The notes under the pieces were generated by a model. The model was given only the letters and a program-made list of their open reading frames with translations. It did not search any database and was not told the DNA's origin. A stretch of 64,000 nt of DNA from an uncultured Candidatus Rokubacteria bacterium (GTDB lineage Bacteria > Methylomirabilota > Methylomirabilia > Rokubacteriales > CSP1-6), in assembly GCA_963758635.1 (NCBI GenBank), contig CAVWWD010000008.1, positions 448,001 to 512,000 on the forward strand, in the 5' to 3' direction. How positions within the stretch are numbered: position 1 is the first letter of the stretch; each line of letters starts with the position of its first letter. Positions 45,525 through 57,599 of the stretch are shown one piece after another. The translations under genes and the position numbers were made by a program.

Positions 45525-45680
45525 AGGTGATCTACAAGATCACGTACCCGAGCGGGAAGATCTACATCGGCAAGGACCGATAGCGTTAACTACCTCGGGA
45601 GTGCGGCCTCCTCGGCCATCGCGGCGTGCGCACCGATCCAATGACCCTGCCGTGGGATACAACCGCTGGCCGAGAGTCAC
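45521..45680 (+). pseudogene. GIY-YIG nuclease remnant with internal deletion
   Basis: MKVIYKITYPSGKIYIGKD-stop, later RSNDPAVGYNRWP; ATGA overlap with the upstream nuclease. Confidence 0.7.
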
Positions 45681-46594
45681 GCCGTCGATCAAGGTTTCAT
45701 CAAGGTTTCCAACGAGCGCGGCCGGACATCAAGCGGCGGACGGTGCTGGCTCTCCCGAGCAACAGGCTTGACCGGGCCGACCTAACAACGCTCGGCTAAG
45801 GACTCGTCAGAAGATAACTGATCGAACATGGGCAACCGAATGATACGTTCGGACCGTCCTGGCACGTCGAGAACGACGCGATTCCACCGCTCGACAGCGG
45901 GGCAAGATTCGTTCACTTATTGTCTTACGAGCCCTAAGGCGTCATGTGCTCGGTGTCATCCACCGGTACGATAGCGGTCGAGACTCCGCCGCGCTCGGTC
46001 TCGCACGTTCTTCGACTTGGCCGACGCAGCCAACTCCTTTAGCACCGCCAGTGACCGCTCGGCCTCAGCAGCAATCCTCGCCCGAGTCGCCGCAACGATG
46101 GCCTTCCGTGTCGCGTTCTCTTCGGTCAACTGAACCCTGAACTGGCGGAGCATCCCGATCGCCTCCTCGTCGGCGTCCGTTGCCGGTGCCGGAATCAGCC
46201 ACTGGTTCTGACCAACGACAACCTTCTGGGTCGGCGTGGTGGCGGAGCCACCACCACGCCCGCTCCTGTCACCGTGTCCGCCCGCCACGGTCCGAGTCCG
46301 CCATGGCGGACTCGGCCGTGCCTCGCCACCGTGACCCAGGCCGGGAGAGGCCTCGTGCCGACCCGACCCACGGCCACCCGCGTCGTCAAGGCGGACGAGT
46401 ACATCGGGTCTCGGCTGGGTGCGCGTCCCCGGGGACCTTGCTCGAGCAAGACTGAGGTAACATCCCCGGGACGATGCACCTGTACAGGGGCACCGGAGCA
46501 ACGTTCGCGGCCGAGATCGCCTCCGGCGGCCTGTCCGACATCCTGTCGAGGTGCTTCACGGAGCGCCTTGGCTTCACGTGCATCACGGGAGGGC

Positions 46595-46760
46595 CGAGCA
46601 GCGCGTCGCCAGCACGAGCGACCGTGCTCGGCTTGGCCTTCGCGGCCCACCCGGAGCGATTCCCGCCGGGCCGCCCCACCCGGCGTGCCCCATCGACGTC
46701 TGGATCAATCCGCCCATGATCCTGGCGCCTGTGCAGACATCATCGGCGATCTCTCGTTCT
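46595..46760 (+). pseudogene. IS3-family transposase C-terminal remnant
   Basis: RATVLGLAFAAHPERF...PIDVWINPP resembles the C-terminus of a subgroup of IS3 transposases. Confidence 0.55.
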
Positions 46761-46831
46761 CGGTTGCCCACGCGGCAGCCGTCGCCTAGGCTGTCGGCGA
46801 CCGCTGCGCCGTGGGAGGCAAGGAGAGGCTG

Positions 46832-49814
46832 ATGGGTCGCCGGGCAAAGCCCTCGAAGGGGAAGGCGGAAGCCAAGCGACCGCTCGCCGGCAAGACGCCG
46901 AAGGACGACGGCGCCAGGGTTCGCGACCTGGAGAAGGGCCTGGCTGAGGCACTGCAGCGAGAGCAAGTGTTGGTCGAGCAGCAGACGGCGACGAGCGAGA
47001 TCCTCCGGGTCATCGCCAGCTCGCCGACCGACCTCCAGCCCGTGTTCGAGGGCATCGCCCGCAGCGGCGTGCGGCTCGGCGCCTTGGGCTGCACCGTATT
47101 CCGGATCGAGGGGGACGTGCTGCGTGTGGTGGCGCACGCCGGCGTGCGGCCCGAGCGCGTCGAGCGCTTCCAGACCCAGTTTCCCGCCGGCTCAGCGCGC
47201 GCCCGAGTTCGTGCGCACCGTGCGGTCGAGCGGCATCTTTCACCTGGCTGACATCGAGCACAACGCCGAGGCGGACGCCGGCCAACGTCGAGACCGCACG
47301 GCGTCGGGGGCTACCGCACTCGCCTGCTGGCGCCGATGATGCGCGGCGACAGCCGCTCGGCATCATCGTGGTCGACGCGGCGAGGCGCCGGGCCGTTCTC
47401 CGACCGGCAGGTGGAGCTGCTGAAGACCTTCGCCGAGCAGGCGGTGATCGCGATCGAGAACGTGCGGCTGTTCACCGAGCTGCAGGCGCGCAATGCCGAT
47501 CTGACCGAAGCCCTCGAGCAGCAGACGGCCACGGCCGAGATCCTGCGGGTGATCTCGTCCTCGCCGACCGACACCCAGCCGGTCTTCGACGCGATCGCGG
47601 CCAACGCCGCCCGCCTGTGCAGCGCCAACGATGCCCAGGTGCTGCGCGTGGACGGCGACGTGCTCCGGCTCGTCGCCGCGTTCGGGGCGCCCTCGATGCC
47701 TCCGGTGCGCCGACTGACCCGAGGGCACCTCGTGGGGCGCGCGGTAATCGATCGCCGGACCATTCACGTCGGCAGCCACGCCGAGGCGCGGGCGGACTAT
47801 CCCGAGACGACGAGCGGCCAGTTCAACGTGGAATCCGCGCTCGCGGTCCCTCTCCTCCGGGAGGGCGTCCCGCTCGGGGTGATCCGGATCAGCCGCACCG
47901 AGATCCGCCCGTTCACGGACAAGCAGGCCGCGCTGCTCCAGACCTTCGCCGATCAGGCGGTCATCGCCATCGAGAACGTGCGGCTGTTCACCGAGCTGCA
48001 GGCGAGTAACCGCGAGCTGACCACGGCGCTGGACACGCAGACCGCCACCAGCGACATCTTGCGCGTCATCAGCCGCTCGCAGACGGACGTGCAGCCGGTG
48101 TTCGATGCGATCGTGGGCAGCGCTGTCCGGTTGCTGCGTGGGCACTCTGGCGTGCTTACGCGGGTGGCGCGGGATCAGATCGAGCTCGCCGCGCTCACGA
48201 GCACCGACGAGGCGGCCGACGCCGCCTTGAGGGCGCGCTTCCCGCGGCCGCTCCACGCCGTGGGAATGCACGCCCAGGCCATTCGCGATCGGGCGCCGCT
48301 CAATATCGCTGACTCCGAAACCGATTCCCGGGTGACCGAGCCTGCGCGCGCCGTCGCTCGTCGCCCGTGGCTTCCGAAGCCGGGTTGTGGTGCCGCTGCT
48401 CCGTCAGGAAGAGGCGATCGGGACGATCTCGGTGAACCGCCGCGAGCCCGGCGGCGTTCACCGACGACGAGATCGCGCTCCTCCAGACCTTCGCCGACCA
48501 AGCGGTGATCGCGATCGAGAACGCCCGCCTGCTGAGCGAGCTGCAGGCGCGGACGCAGGAGCTCACGCGCTCGGTCGAGCAGCTCACCGCGCTCGGCGAT
48601 GTCGGCCGTGCCGTCAGCTCCTCGCTCGATCTCGACACCGTCCTCACCACGATCGTGGGCCGCGCCGTCCAGCTCTCGGGCACGGACGGGGGCACGATCT
48701 TCGAGTACGACGAGGGCGCGGAAGAGTTCTCGCCGCGCGCGACGCTCAATGCGGACGAGAGCCAGTCCGCGTTGCTGCGCGCGACGCGACTGCGCCGGGG
48801 CGAAGGCGCCGTCGGCCAGATGGCGGTGACGCGGGAGCCGCTCCAGATCCCGGACATCGCGGCGGAAGGCGCCTACGACAGTCGGCTGCGCGGAGCGTTG
48901 CTGGAGGCAGGGACGCGCGCGGTGCTCGCGATCCCGCTGCTCCACGAGGAGCGCATCGTCGGGGGCCTCGTCGTCACTCGTCGCACGCCCGGAGCGTTCA
49001 CCACCGAGATCGTCGAGATCCTGAGAACGTTCGCCACCCAGTCCGCACTCGCGATTGAGAACGCCCGGCTCTTCCGCGAGATCGAGCGCAAGAGCCGGGA
49101 GCTGGAGGCGCCAGCCAGCACAAGAGTGAGTTCCTTGCCAACATGTCCCACGAGCTGCGCACCCCGCTCAACGCGATCATCGGCTACAGCGAGCTGCTGG
49201 AGGAGGAGGCCGGTGACGTGGACGGCGGGCGGCTGGTGCCCGACCTTCAGAAGATCGCCGTCGCCGCCAAGCACCAGCTGTCTCTCATCAACGACATCCT
49301 GGATCTCGCCAAGGTCGAGGCCGGACGGATGGAGCTGGAGCTGGCGGACTTCCACCTGCCGAGTGCCATCGAGAACGCGCTGATCTTGGTGCGGGAGCGG
49401 GCGAGTCGGCGGGGCATCGCGCTCGGGCACACGATCGATTCGGGCCTCGGCATGGTCCGGGCCGACGAGCGCAAGGTGAAGCAGGTGCTCCTGAACCTGC
49501 TCTCCAACGCGATCAAGTTCACCCCCGAGGGTGGGCGAATCGACGTCTGCGCTGGGGTGCGCGACGGTGTCGCGGAGATCTCCGTGGCCGATACCGGGGT
49601 GGGCATCGCGCCCGAGGACCAGGAGGCGGTGTTCGAGGAGTTCCGGCAGGTCGGGACGGCGGCCAAGAAGGTCGAGGGCACGGGGCTCGGCCTCGCCCTC
49701 TCTCGAAAGTTCGTCGAACTGCATGGCGGGCGGATCTGGGTCACGAGCCAGGTGGGAGAGGGCTCGACGTTCACGTTCACGCTGCCGGTGCGCCGCGAGG
49801 AGATGGGAGCGTGA
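46832..49814 (+). CDS. Multi-GAF sensor histidine kinase, several frameshifts
   Basis: Repeated QQTATSEILRVISSSPTDxQPVF and TFADQAVIAIEN; MSHELRTPL, NLLSNAIKF, GTGLGL. Confidence 0.9.
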
Positions 49815-49908
49815 GGGTACAGGTCGCCAGTCTCTTCCCCCGCTACCGGGTTGGCGCCTTGCACATGGGTGACCACATCCGACCAGGCCGCCGCGAGGGC
49901 ACTCCGGC

Positions 49909-52900
49909 ATGAGGTGTCCCCGGTGCCAGCAGCGAGAACCCCACAGGCATGAAGTTCTGTGGGCAATGCGCGGCGCCTCTCGTGGCCGCTTGCCCCGCGT
50001 GTGGCATGGTCAATCCTCCGGGGAATCGCTTCTGTGGACAGTGCGCGGCTCCGCTCGCCGCTGATTCGGGTGCGAAGGTCCCAAGCCCCGAGTCCTACAC
50101 GCCCAAGCACCTCGCCGAGAAGATCCTCACCTCCAAGGCCGCGCTCGAGGGCGAGCGCAAGCAGGTGACCGTGCTCTTCGCCGACCTCAAGGGCTCGATG
50201 GAGCTGCTCGCCGACCGCGATCCCGAGGAGGCGCGCAAGCTGCTCGACCCGGTGCTCGAGCGCATGATGGAGGCGGTCCACCGCTACGAGGGCACGGTGA
50301 ACCAGGTCATGGGCGACGGGATCATGGCGCTCTTCGGCGCGCCGCTCGCCCACGAGGACCACGCCGTGCGCGCGTGCTACGCGGCGCTCCGGATGCAGGA
50401 GTCGCTGAAGCGCTACGCGGACGACGCGCGCCGCGCGCACGGGGTGGAGGTGCAGATCCGGGTCGGCCTCAACTCGGGGGAGGTCGTCGTCCGCGCGGTC
50501 GGCAGCGATCTCCGCATGGACTACACCGCCGTGGGCCAGACCACTCACCTCGCGGCCCGGATGGAACAGCTCGCGCCGCCCGGGACCGTGCGGCTGACCG
50601 GCGAGACCGTGCGGCTCGCCGAGGGCTACGTCGAGGTGCGGTCGCTCGGGCCCATCCCCGTGAAGGGCCTCCCGGACCCGATCGAGATCTTCGAGCTGAC
50701 GGGGGCGGGGACGGCGCGGACGCGCCTGCAGGCCGCGGCGCTCCGCGGCCTCACGCGCTTCGTCGGCCGCGACGCCGAGGTCGAGCACCTGCGCCGGGTC
50801 CTCGGCCAGGCCGGCGCGGGCCGCGGGCAGGTGGTCGCCATCGTGGGCGAGGCCGGGAGTGGGCAAGTCGCGGCTCACCTACGAGTTCACCCACTCCCAT
50901 CGGGTGCAGGACTGGCTGATCCTGGAGGCCTCGTCCGTCTCCTACGGCAAGGCCACCAGCTACCTGCCCGTGATCGACCTGCTCAAGGGCTACTTCAAGA
51001 TCGGCGACCGGGACGATCACCGGGAGATGCGCGCCAAGGTGCTGGGGCGGGTGCTGGGCCTGGACCGCGCGCTCGAGCCCCTGCTGCCCCCGCTGCTCGC
51101 GCTGCTCGACGTGCCGGTCGAGGACCCGGCCTGGCAGAACCTGGACCCGCCCCAGCGCCGCCAGCGCACGCTGGACGCGGTCAAGCGCCTGCTGCTGCGC
51201 GAGAGCCAGGTGCAGCCGCTGCTGGTGGTCTTCGAGGATCTGCACTGGATCGATGGCGAGACCCAGGCCCTGCTCGACAGCCTCGTGGAGAGCCTCGGGC
51301 TCCGCCCGCCTGCTGCTCCTGGTGAACTACCGCCCCGAGTACGAGCACCGCTGGGGGAGCAAGACGGCGTACTCCCAGCTCCGGCTCGACACCCTGCCCG
51401 CCGAGAGCGCGGCGGAGCTGCTGGCGGCGCTCCTCGGGCCGGACCCCGGGCTGGCCCCGCTGACGCAGATGCTGGTGAAGCGGGGCAACCCGTTCTTCCT
51501 GGAGGAGACGGTGCGGACGCTGGTGGAGACGGGGGCGCTGGCGGGGGAGCGGGGGGCGTACCGGCTGACGCGGCCGGTGGAGGCGCTGCAGGTGCCGGCG
51601 ACGGTGCAGACGATCCTGGCGGCGCGGATCGACCGGCTGCCGGCGGAGGAGAAGCGGCTCCTGCAGGCGGCGTCGGTGATCGGCAAGGACGTGCCCTACG
51701 CGCTCCTGGCGGCGATCGCGGAGCAGCCGGAGGAGGCCCTGCGGCGGGGGCTCGCGCATCTCCAGGAGGCGGAGTTCCTCTACGAGACGCAGCTCTTCCC
51801 GGATCTGGAATTCACCTTCAAGCACGCGCTGACCCACGACGTGGCCTACGCGGGCCTGCTGGGGGAGCGGCGGCGCGATCTTCACGCCGCGGTGGCGGCC
51901 GCCATCGAGCGCCTGCACGCCGATCGCCTCGTCGAGCACGTGGAGCGGCTGGCGCACCACGCGCGGCAGGGCGAGGTCTGGGACAAGGCGGTGCGCTACC
52001 TGCGCCAGGCCGGCACCAAGGCCTTCCTGCGCTCGGCCAACCGCGAGGCGGCCACCTGCTTCGAGCAGGCGCTCGACGCGCTCCGGCGGCTGCCGGAGCA
52101 TCCCGACGCGATCGCCGAGTCCCTCGACCTCCGCTTCGACCTCCGCAACGCGCTCATCCCGCTCGGCGAGCGGGGACGGATAGGGGCCCTCCTCGACGAG
52201 GCCGAAGCCCTCGCGGAGGCCGTCGGCGACCAGCGCCGCCTCGGCCGCGCGCTGAACTACAAGGCGATCCAGTTCGGGCTGGCCGGCGACTTCGCGGCGG
52301 CGATCCAGGCCGGACTTCGCGCCCTGGCCATCGGCGAGTCGCAGGCGGACGTCGCCATCCAGGTTGTCGCCAACGGGTATCTTGGCCGGGTGTACGTGGC
52401 GCGGGGCGAGTGCCGCGAGGCCGTCCGGCACTGCGAGGCCGCGCTCGCGCTGATCCCGGAGGGCCTGGCGCAGGAGCGATTCGGTCAGGCCGCCATCCAG
52501 GGCTCGTACGTGCGGGACACGCTTGCCAGGGCGCTCGGGGCGCTCGGGCGGTTCGCCGAGGCGTTCGGGCGTCTCCGCGAGGCGATGCACATCGCGGAGG
52601 AGGCGGGGCACGTCTACACGCTTGTCTTCCCCCTCTTCGGCCTCGGCACCCTCAAGCTCGATCAGGGCGACTTCGCCGGCGCCGTGGCCCCGCTGGAGCG
52701 CGGCCTCGATCTCTGCCGGACGAGAGAGGTGCCCTTGCTGCTCCACGACTTCGCCTGGGCGCTGGGCGCGGCGTACCACGGGACCGGCCGCCGCGCCGAG
52801 GGGGTCGCCCTGATGGAGGACGCCGCCCGTGGCCTCGCCGAGCGGACCGTGAGGTTGGCGGGGTGGCCCGGCCGCGTCGGGGCGCTCGGCGGGGCGTACC

Positions 52901-53230
52901 TCCTCGACGGGCGGCTGGCGGACGCCACCCGGATCGCCCAGGACGGGCTCGCGGCGGCTCGGCAGCGGGGGGAACGGGGGGTGGAGGGCCACGTCCTGCG
53001 ATTGCTCGGCGACATCGCGGCCCATCCCGACCGCTTCGAGGTCGATACCGCGGAGGCGCACTATCGCCAGGCCCTGGCCCTGGCCGAGGCGCTGGGCCTG
53101 CGCCCGCTCGTCGCCCACTGCCACCTCGGCCTCGGCAAGCTCTACCGGCGCACGGGCAAGCGCGAGCAGGCGCAGCGAGCACCTCACCACCGCGACGACG
53201 ATGTACCGCGAGATGGACATGACGTACTAG
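49909..53230 (+). CDS. Double zinc ribbon-class III adenylate/guanylate cyclase-AAA ATPase-TPR protein, frameshifted, C-terminus truncated
   Basis: CxxC motifs, [54 protein letters not shown], ends [13 protein letters not shown]. Confidence 0.9.
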
Positions 53231-53231
53231 C

Positions 53232-53528
53232 ATGCAATGCAAACGTCTCGCAGATCTGGCCGCAAAGAATCGGCTTCCGGCCGTGTACATTTCGATGAGG
53301 GAATGTGTGTCTGGCGGAGGCCTGATGTCCTATGGAGCGAACTCCCAGGATCTCTACCGGCGCATGGCCACGCACGTCGATAAAATCCTGAAAGGAGCTA
53401 AGCCCGGGGACCTGCCCGTCGAGCAGCCCACCAAGTTCGAGCTGGTCATCAACCTCAAGACCGCCAAGGCGCTCGGCCTCACGATCCCGCCGTCGCTGCT
53501 GGCGCGGGCGGACCAGGTGATCGAGTGA
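53232..53528 (+). pseudogene. C-terminal fragment of an ABC substrate-binding protein
   Basis: GGLMSYG...[44 protein letters not shown] with no N-terminal part. Confidence 0.85.
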
Positions 53529-54513
53529 TGGACCGGCGAGCCTTCCTCGGCAGCTGCTTGCCCTCCTCGCCGCGCCGCTCGCCGCCGAGGCCCAGCAGGC
53601 GGCCAAGGTCGCTCGAATTGGCTGGCTGGGGGACAACCCGGCCGGTAACCCCCACCTGCGAGAGGCTTTCCTTCAAGGACTGCGTGACCTCGGTTACGTC
53701 GAGGGCCGCAACCTCGTGATCGAATACCGAAATGCCGAGGGGAAGTTTGAGCGGCTCCCCGCTCTCGCGGCCGAACTGGTTGCGCTCAAGGTTGATGTCA
53801 TCGTGGCCGCCAGGCACACCCGCCGCCCTGGCCGCCAAGCAAGCGACCCGGACCCTCCCCATTGTCATCGTTGCTGTCAGCGATCCGGTTGCGAGCGGGA
53901 TCGTCACCAGCCTTGCGCGGCCGGGCGGCAATGTCACGGGGTTGTCCGTTTTCGACCCGGAGCTCGTCGGCAAGTGTCTGGAACAGCTGCGGCATGTGGT
54001 TCCCGGGGTCAGTCGGGTGGCTGTCCTCTGGCAGCCAGGCGCCCTAGGCGAACGCTTGGACAAGGAGATGCTGAAGGGAGCAGAAGTCGCGGCGCTGGCG
54101 CTGGGGGTGCGGCTGCAAATCGTCGAGGCGCGAGGGCCCGCCGAATTCGGCAGGGCCTTCTCGGACATGACCAGGGCGCGCGCGGGTGCTCTGACTGTGG
54201 CGACAGGCCTCATGTTCTTCAATGAGCGAAGACGCCTCGTGGACCTGGCCGCAAAGAACCGGCTGCCGGCGGTGTACACATCGAGGGAATTCGTCGATGC
54301 CGGAGGCCTCATGTCCTATGGAGCGAACCGTGCTGATTTGTTTCGGCGCACCGCTACCTACGTAGACAAAATTGTGAAAGGGGCCAAGCCCGGCGACCTA
54401 CCAGTCGAGCAGCCGACGAAGTTCGAGCTGGTGATCAATCTCAAGACCGCCAAGGCTCTCGGCCTCACGATCCCGCCGTCGGTGCTGCGCGGGCGGACCA
54501 AGTGATCGAGTGA
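53528..54513 (+). CDS. Orphan ABC transporter substrate-binding protein (ABC_sub_bind-type), frameshifted
   Basis: MDRRAFL Tat-like start, GYVEGRNLVIEYR, DPVASG..SLARPGGNVTG, conserved C-terminus. Confidence 0.85.
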
Positions 54514-54609
54514 CGCGACCGTGCTCGCGCGGAAGCGTCTTACGGAACGATCGGCCGGGGTAAGGCATGAGAGGGTCCCCGGCGGGTAGCATCGCGGGGA
54601 GGGGCGAGC

Positions 54610-55046
54610 ATGTTCTATTTCGAAGACCTGAAGGTCGGAGAGACCGAGTCGTCGCGGTACACGCAACTGACAGAGGCCGAGATCATCGAGTTCGCCTGTC
54701 GGTTTGACCCCCAGCCGTTTCATATCGACAAACGCGAAGCCCAGCGGTCGGTGTTTGGTGGGCTAACCGCGGCGAGTTGCCATGTGATCGCCGTCGCCAA
54801 CAGCCTGTTCCAAGACCTGCCCAAATTCGCCATGCTGGCCGCGTTGTCGCACGAGTTCCGATACCCGAGCCCTTTACGGCCTGATCAGCCGTTCCGGCTC
54901 GTGTCCGGGATCGTGGAGAAGCGCGATTCGCAGTCAAAGCCTGATCGCGGGATTGTCTTTCAGGAGAGCCGGCTCGTAACCGACCAGGAGTCGTAGTCCT
55001 AGAGATGAGGGCTACCCTCATGGTCGCCAGGCGGCCTCAATCTTGA
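54610..55046 (+). CDS. MaoC-like dehydratase, frameshift near 54990
   Basis: YFEDLKVG, FA..FDPQPFHID, SKPDRGIV; C-terminal VVLEMRATLMVARRP in another frame. Confidence 0.8.
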
Positions 55047-55562
55047 CCGCGCCCCGCTGGGTTGATGAAGACGGCAAGCCGATGGCGACGCGCCCCTACC
55101 ACCGCTGCGGCACGCCGGTGCCGGTCGGCCACACCAAACGCCTCGAGTACCTCCGCATGATCGGCTGGCAGCTCTTCGCGGAGGCGTCAGATCGTCCAAT
55201 GGTGCGGCCATGCGCAGCCCTTCCTCGTCGTGCCGCATGTGGACGGCGTGCGGGCGGCGGTGGTGCCGATCTTCGGGGAGGCGGCGTGACGCTGCCGCCG
55301 GCGCCGAACAGCCCACCCATCCGCGACCCGCTGCTCCGGCTCTACGCGGCGGCGCTCGTCCTGATCTCACGGGGACCGCGCCGCTCGTCGGGTGGCTGCA
55401 ACGGTGATGCGGCTCGTTGGCCGAGACAAGTGCCCCCATCGCCGGCCGTCGTTGGCGTGACTGGCTGGCGCTGGCGATCGCGTTGGCCGCTGTGGTCGGC
55501 TTGGTGATCCATGAGCCGCGCGCTTCAGCGCGTCGGCCCCATACCTTGGTTAGGTTGGCGCC

Positions 55563-56880
55563 TCATTGATGTCCCGTCCCGAGCACATCGACGACGCGGA
55601 GCCACAGCGCGATGGTCTCCTTGTTGGGGTCCTCTGCCTGTCTGCGCACGGCCGTGTGAACGAGAACAAGGCCGCTCGTCGGATCGACGTAGATGGCTTG
55701 GCCGTGTGCACCGATCAGGGCGAACATGCGGCGCTCGCCATTGATGATCCAGGTCTGATAGCCATACCCCAATTGGGCCTCTGGCCATACGACGCGGAGG
55801 TCCGGGCGATCGGCCGGCACTGTGGTGGCCTCCCGCACCCAATCGCTGGGGATAATTTGCTTGTGACCGAGGCGACCGTCGTGCGCAAGAAGCAGTGCCA
55901 GCCGCGCGTAGTCGCGCAGCACAGCGTTCAAGCAGCAGTACGTCGCCTCCTGTCCGGCGGCGTCGATGATCCAGGTCGCATCCCCCTCGGCCCCCATCGG
56001 CTCCCAGAGTTTCTGGCGCAGGTATTCAGCCACCGTGCCTCCCGACCGCGTTCGAGAGCACCAGACCAAGCACCTGGGTTTCGGCGGACGAGTAGGAGAA
56101 GACCGCGCCGCCCCAACGGTGCCGCTGGTTGAATTGCCTTACCGCTGCCGCGCCACCAGCGCTCTCCTGAAGAATCGTTCCGAGCACGAGCCGCTGAGCG
56201 TCATCCGCCCCGGAATAGTTCTCTTCGAAGCGCACGCCTGAGGACATCTGCAGCAGATGCCGCAGCGACGTCCGCCCGTACTCGGTGTCTGCGAGCGCGG
56301 GCACATAGGCTGCTGCCGGATCGTCCACCGATCGGATGCGACCCTCTGAAATCGCGATACCGATCAACATCGCGGTCACCGTCTTGGCCATGGAGGCCGA
56401 AGTGAAACGATGACGGTCGTTGCGCCCGTACTGGTAGCGCTCGACCAGGATGGTGTCGCCGCGCGCGATGAGCAATCCGGTAGTGGGGTTGCGTGCCAGG
56501 TAGTCATCGATCGTGCGTTTCTGCCCGTCGTACATGTAAGAGAGGGCCGGCTCGACGGATGCCCGAGCGAGCCGCGACGGCGTGTCGGCGCGACGGATCA
56601 AACGTCCTTCCAAGAGCTGGTCGTAATGGCTGAAGATGCCAACGAAGAACCGGGGGCGATTGATGGCTTTGACCGGGTAGCCCTCGTTCGCACCGTACTC
56701 CTGGGCGTTCGGGCCGCCCACGGCGAAATGGGGTACCGAGTTGCGCGAGGATTCGGCTGGGGACGGTCCGGTCACTGCGGCGCGGTTCTCGTCTGGTCGC
56801 ATCGGCGACGCGCAGCCGAGCGTGACGATGAGGACGCTGAGGATCAGCCAACCGTTGTGCAGAGGTCTCGTTAGGCTCAT
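55563..56880 (-). CDS. Serine hydrolase (class C beta-lactamase-like), frameshifts near 56040-56120
   Basis: SMAK (SxxK), LLQMSSG, FSYSSAET, LRDYARL, YGYQTW, GAHGQ. Confidence 0.88.
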
Positions 56881-57505
56881 GGCCGCATCGTCCCCATGTT
56901 GACTGGTCACGATGACCTTCATCGGGCCCGCTGTGCCATCGGCTCCTGAGGCGGCCCGGCATCCGAGTCGCGCGATTATGTCACGGGGACGGGAGCCACA
57001 AGGAGGGCCGCCAGTCCGGTGATCCGTTCCTGGGCTGGACTACGCGACGCGCACGACGCCAGCAAGGGAGCGGAGCGCGAAGGTATCCAAACCCCTTGGG
57101 GAGTCGAACCCGTGTTCTCAGCCCACGGCTTCGCGCTCGGCGTGTTTAGTCCCGACGCCACGGCGGGCTTCAGACGGCTCACGTAGAGCCTGACGACCAT
57201 CAATCGCCCTTTCCGGTGCGCGACACGAGCGGACGCGGACGAGGGCGGTGACCGGACTCGGAATCAGCCCGGCAATCAACCTGTTAATTAAGATCGCCAC
57301 CCCCGAGGTAGGGGTGCCCTCCGCGCATCGCCTCCACGCGGATCGGTTCGGGGAGAGCACGTGGAGGATTTTCTGCGCCTGCTCCAGTGCGGCTCGCAAC
57401 ACGCCCCGTCCCGTAGCAGCCGCGCTCGGTTGAACATCGGGGGCTGTCAACGCCGGCGGATCCGTGGCAAGAGCTGGTCGGAAGGTGCCGTGCTCGCGAG
57501 CGTCG

Positions 57506-57599
57506 CGTGCTGAGCACCCGGAACCCAAAAATCGTGCCGCGCGTACAGGAGGCCGTTCAGCCTCCGACGCATCGACCCGTGGGGGGGCTGACCGGGGTC
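57506..57599. repeat. Copy 1 of ~94-bp imperfect direct repeat (copy 2 at 58762-58855)
   Basis: CGTGCTGAGCAC.CGGAACCC.AAAATCGTGC.GCGCGTACA...CCCGTGGGGGGCTGACCGGGG shared by both copies. Confidence 0.85.

Noticed and set aside
45778..45800. Integron attC site (ACCTAAC)
   Set aside because: No complementary GTTRRRY at a suitable distance and no integron integrase
45956..46260. Phage terminase small subunit or other phage gene
   Set aside because: Helical-looking ORF tail but no clear start or recognisable motif
46832..49100. Internal repeats of the GAF kinase as a DGR or DNA repeat element
   Set aside because: Explained by tandem GAF domain duplication; no reverse transcriptase present
55081..55290. 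Small Cys/His protein in the island
   Set aside because: Fragmentary and frameshifted; no family could be assigned
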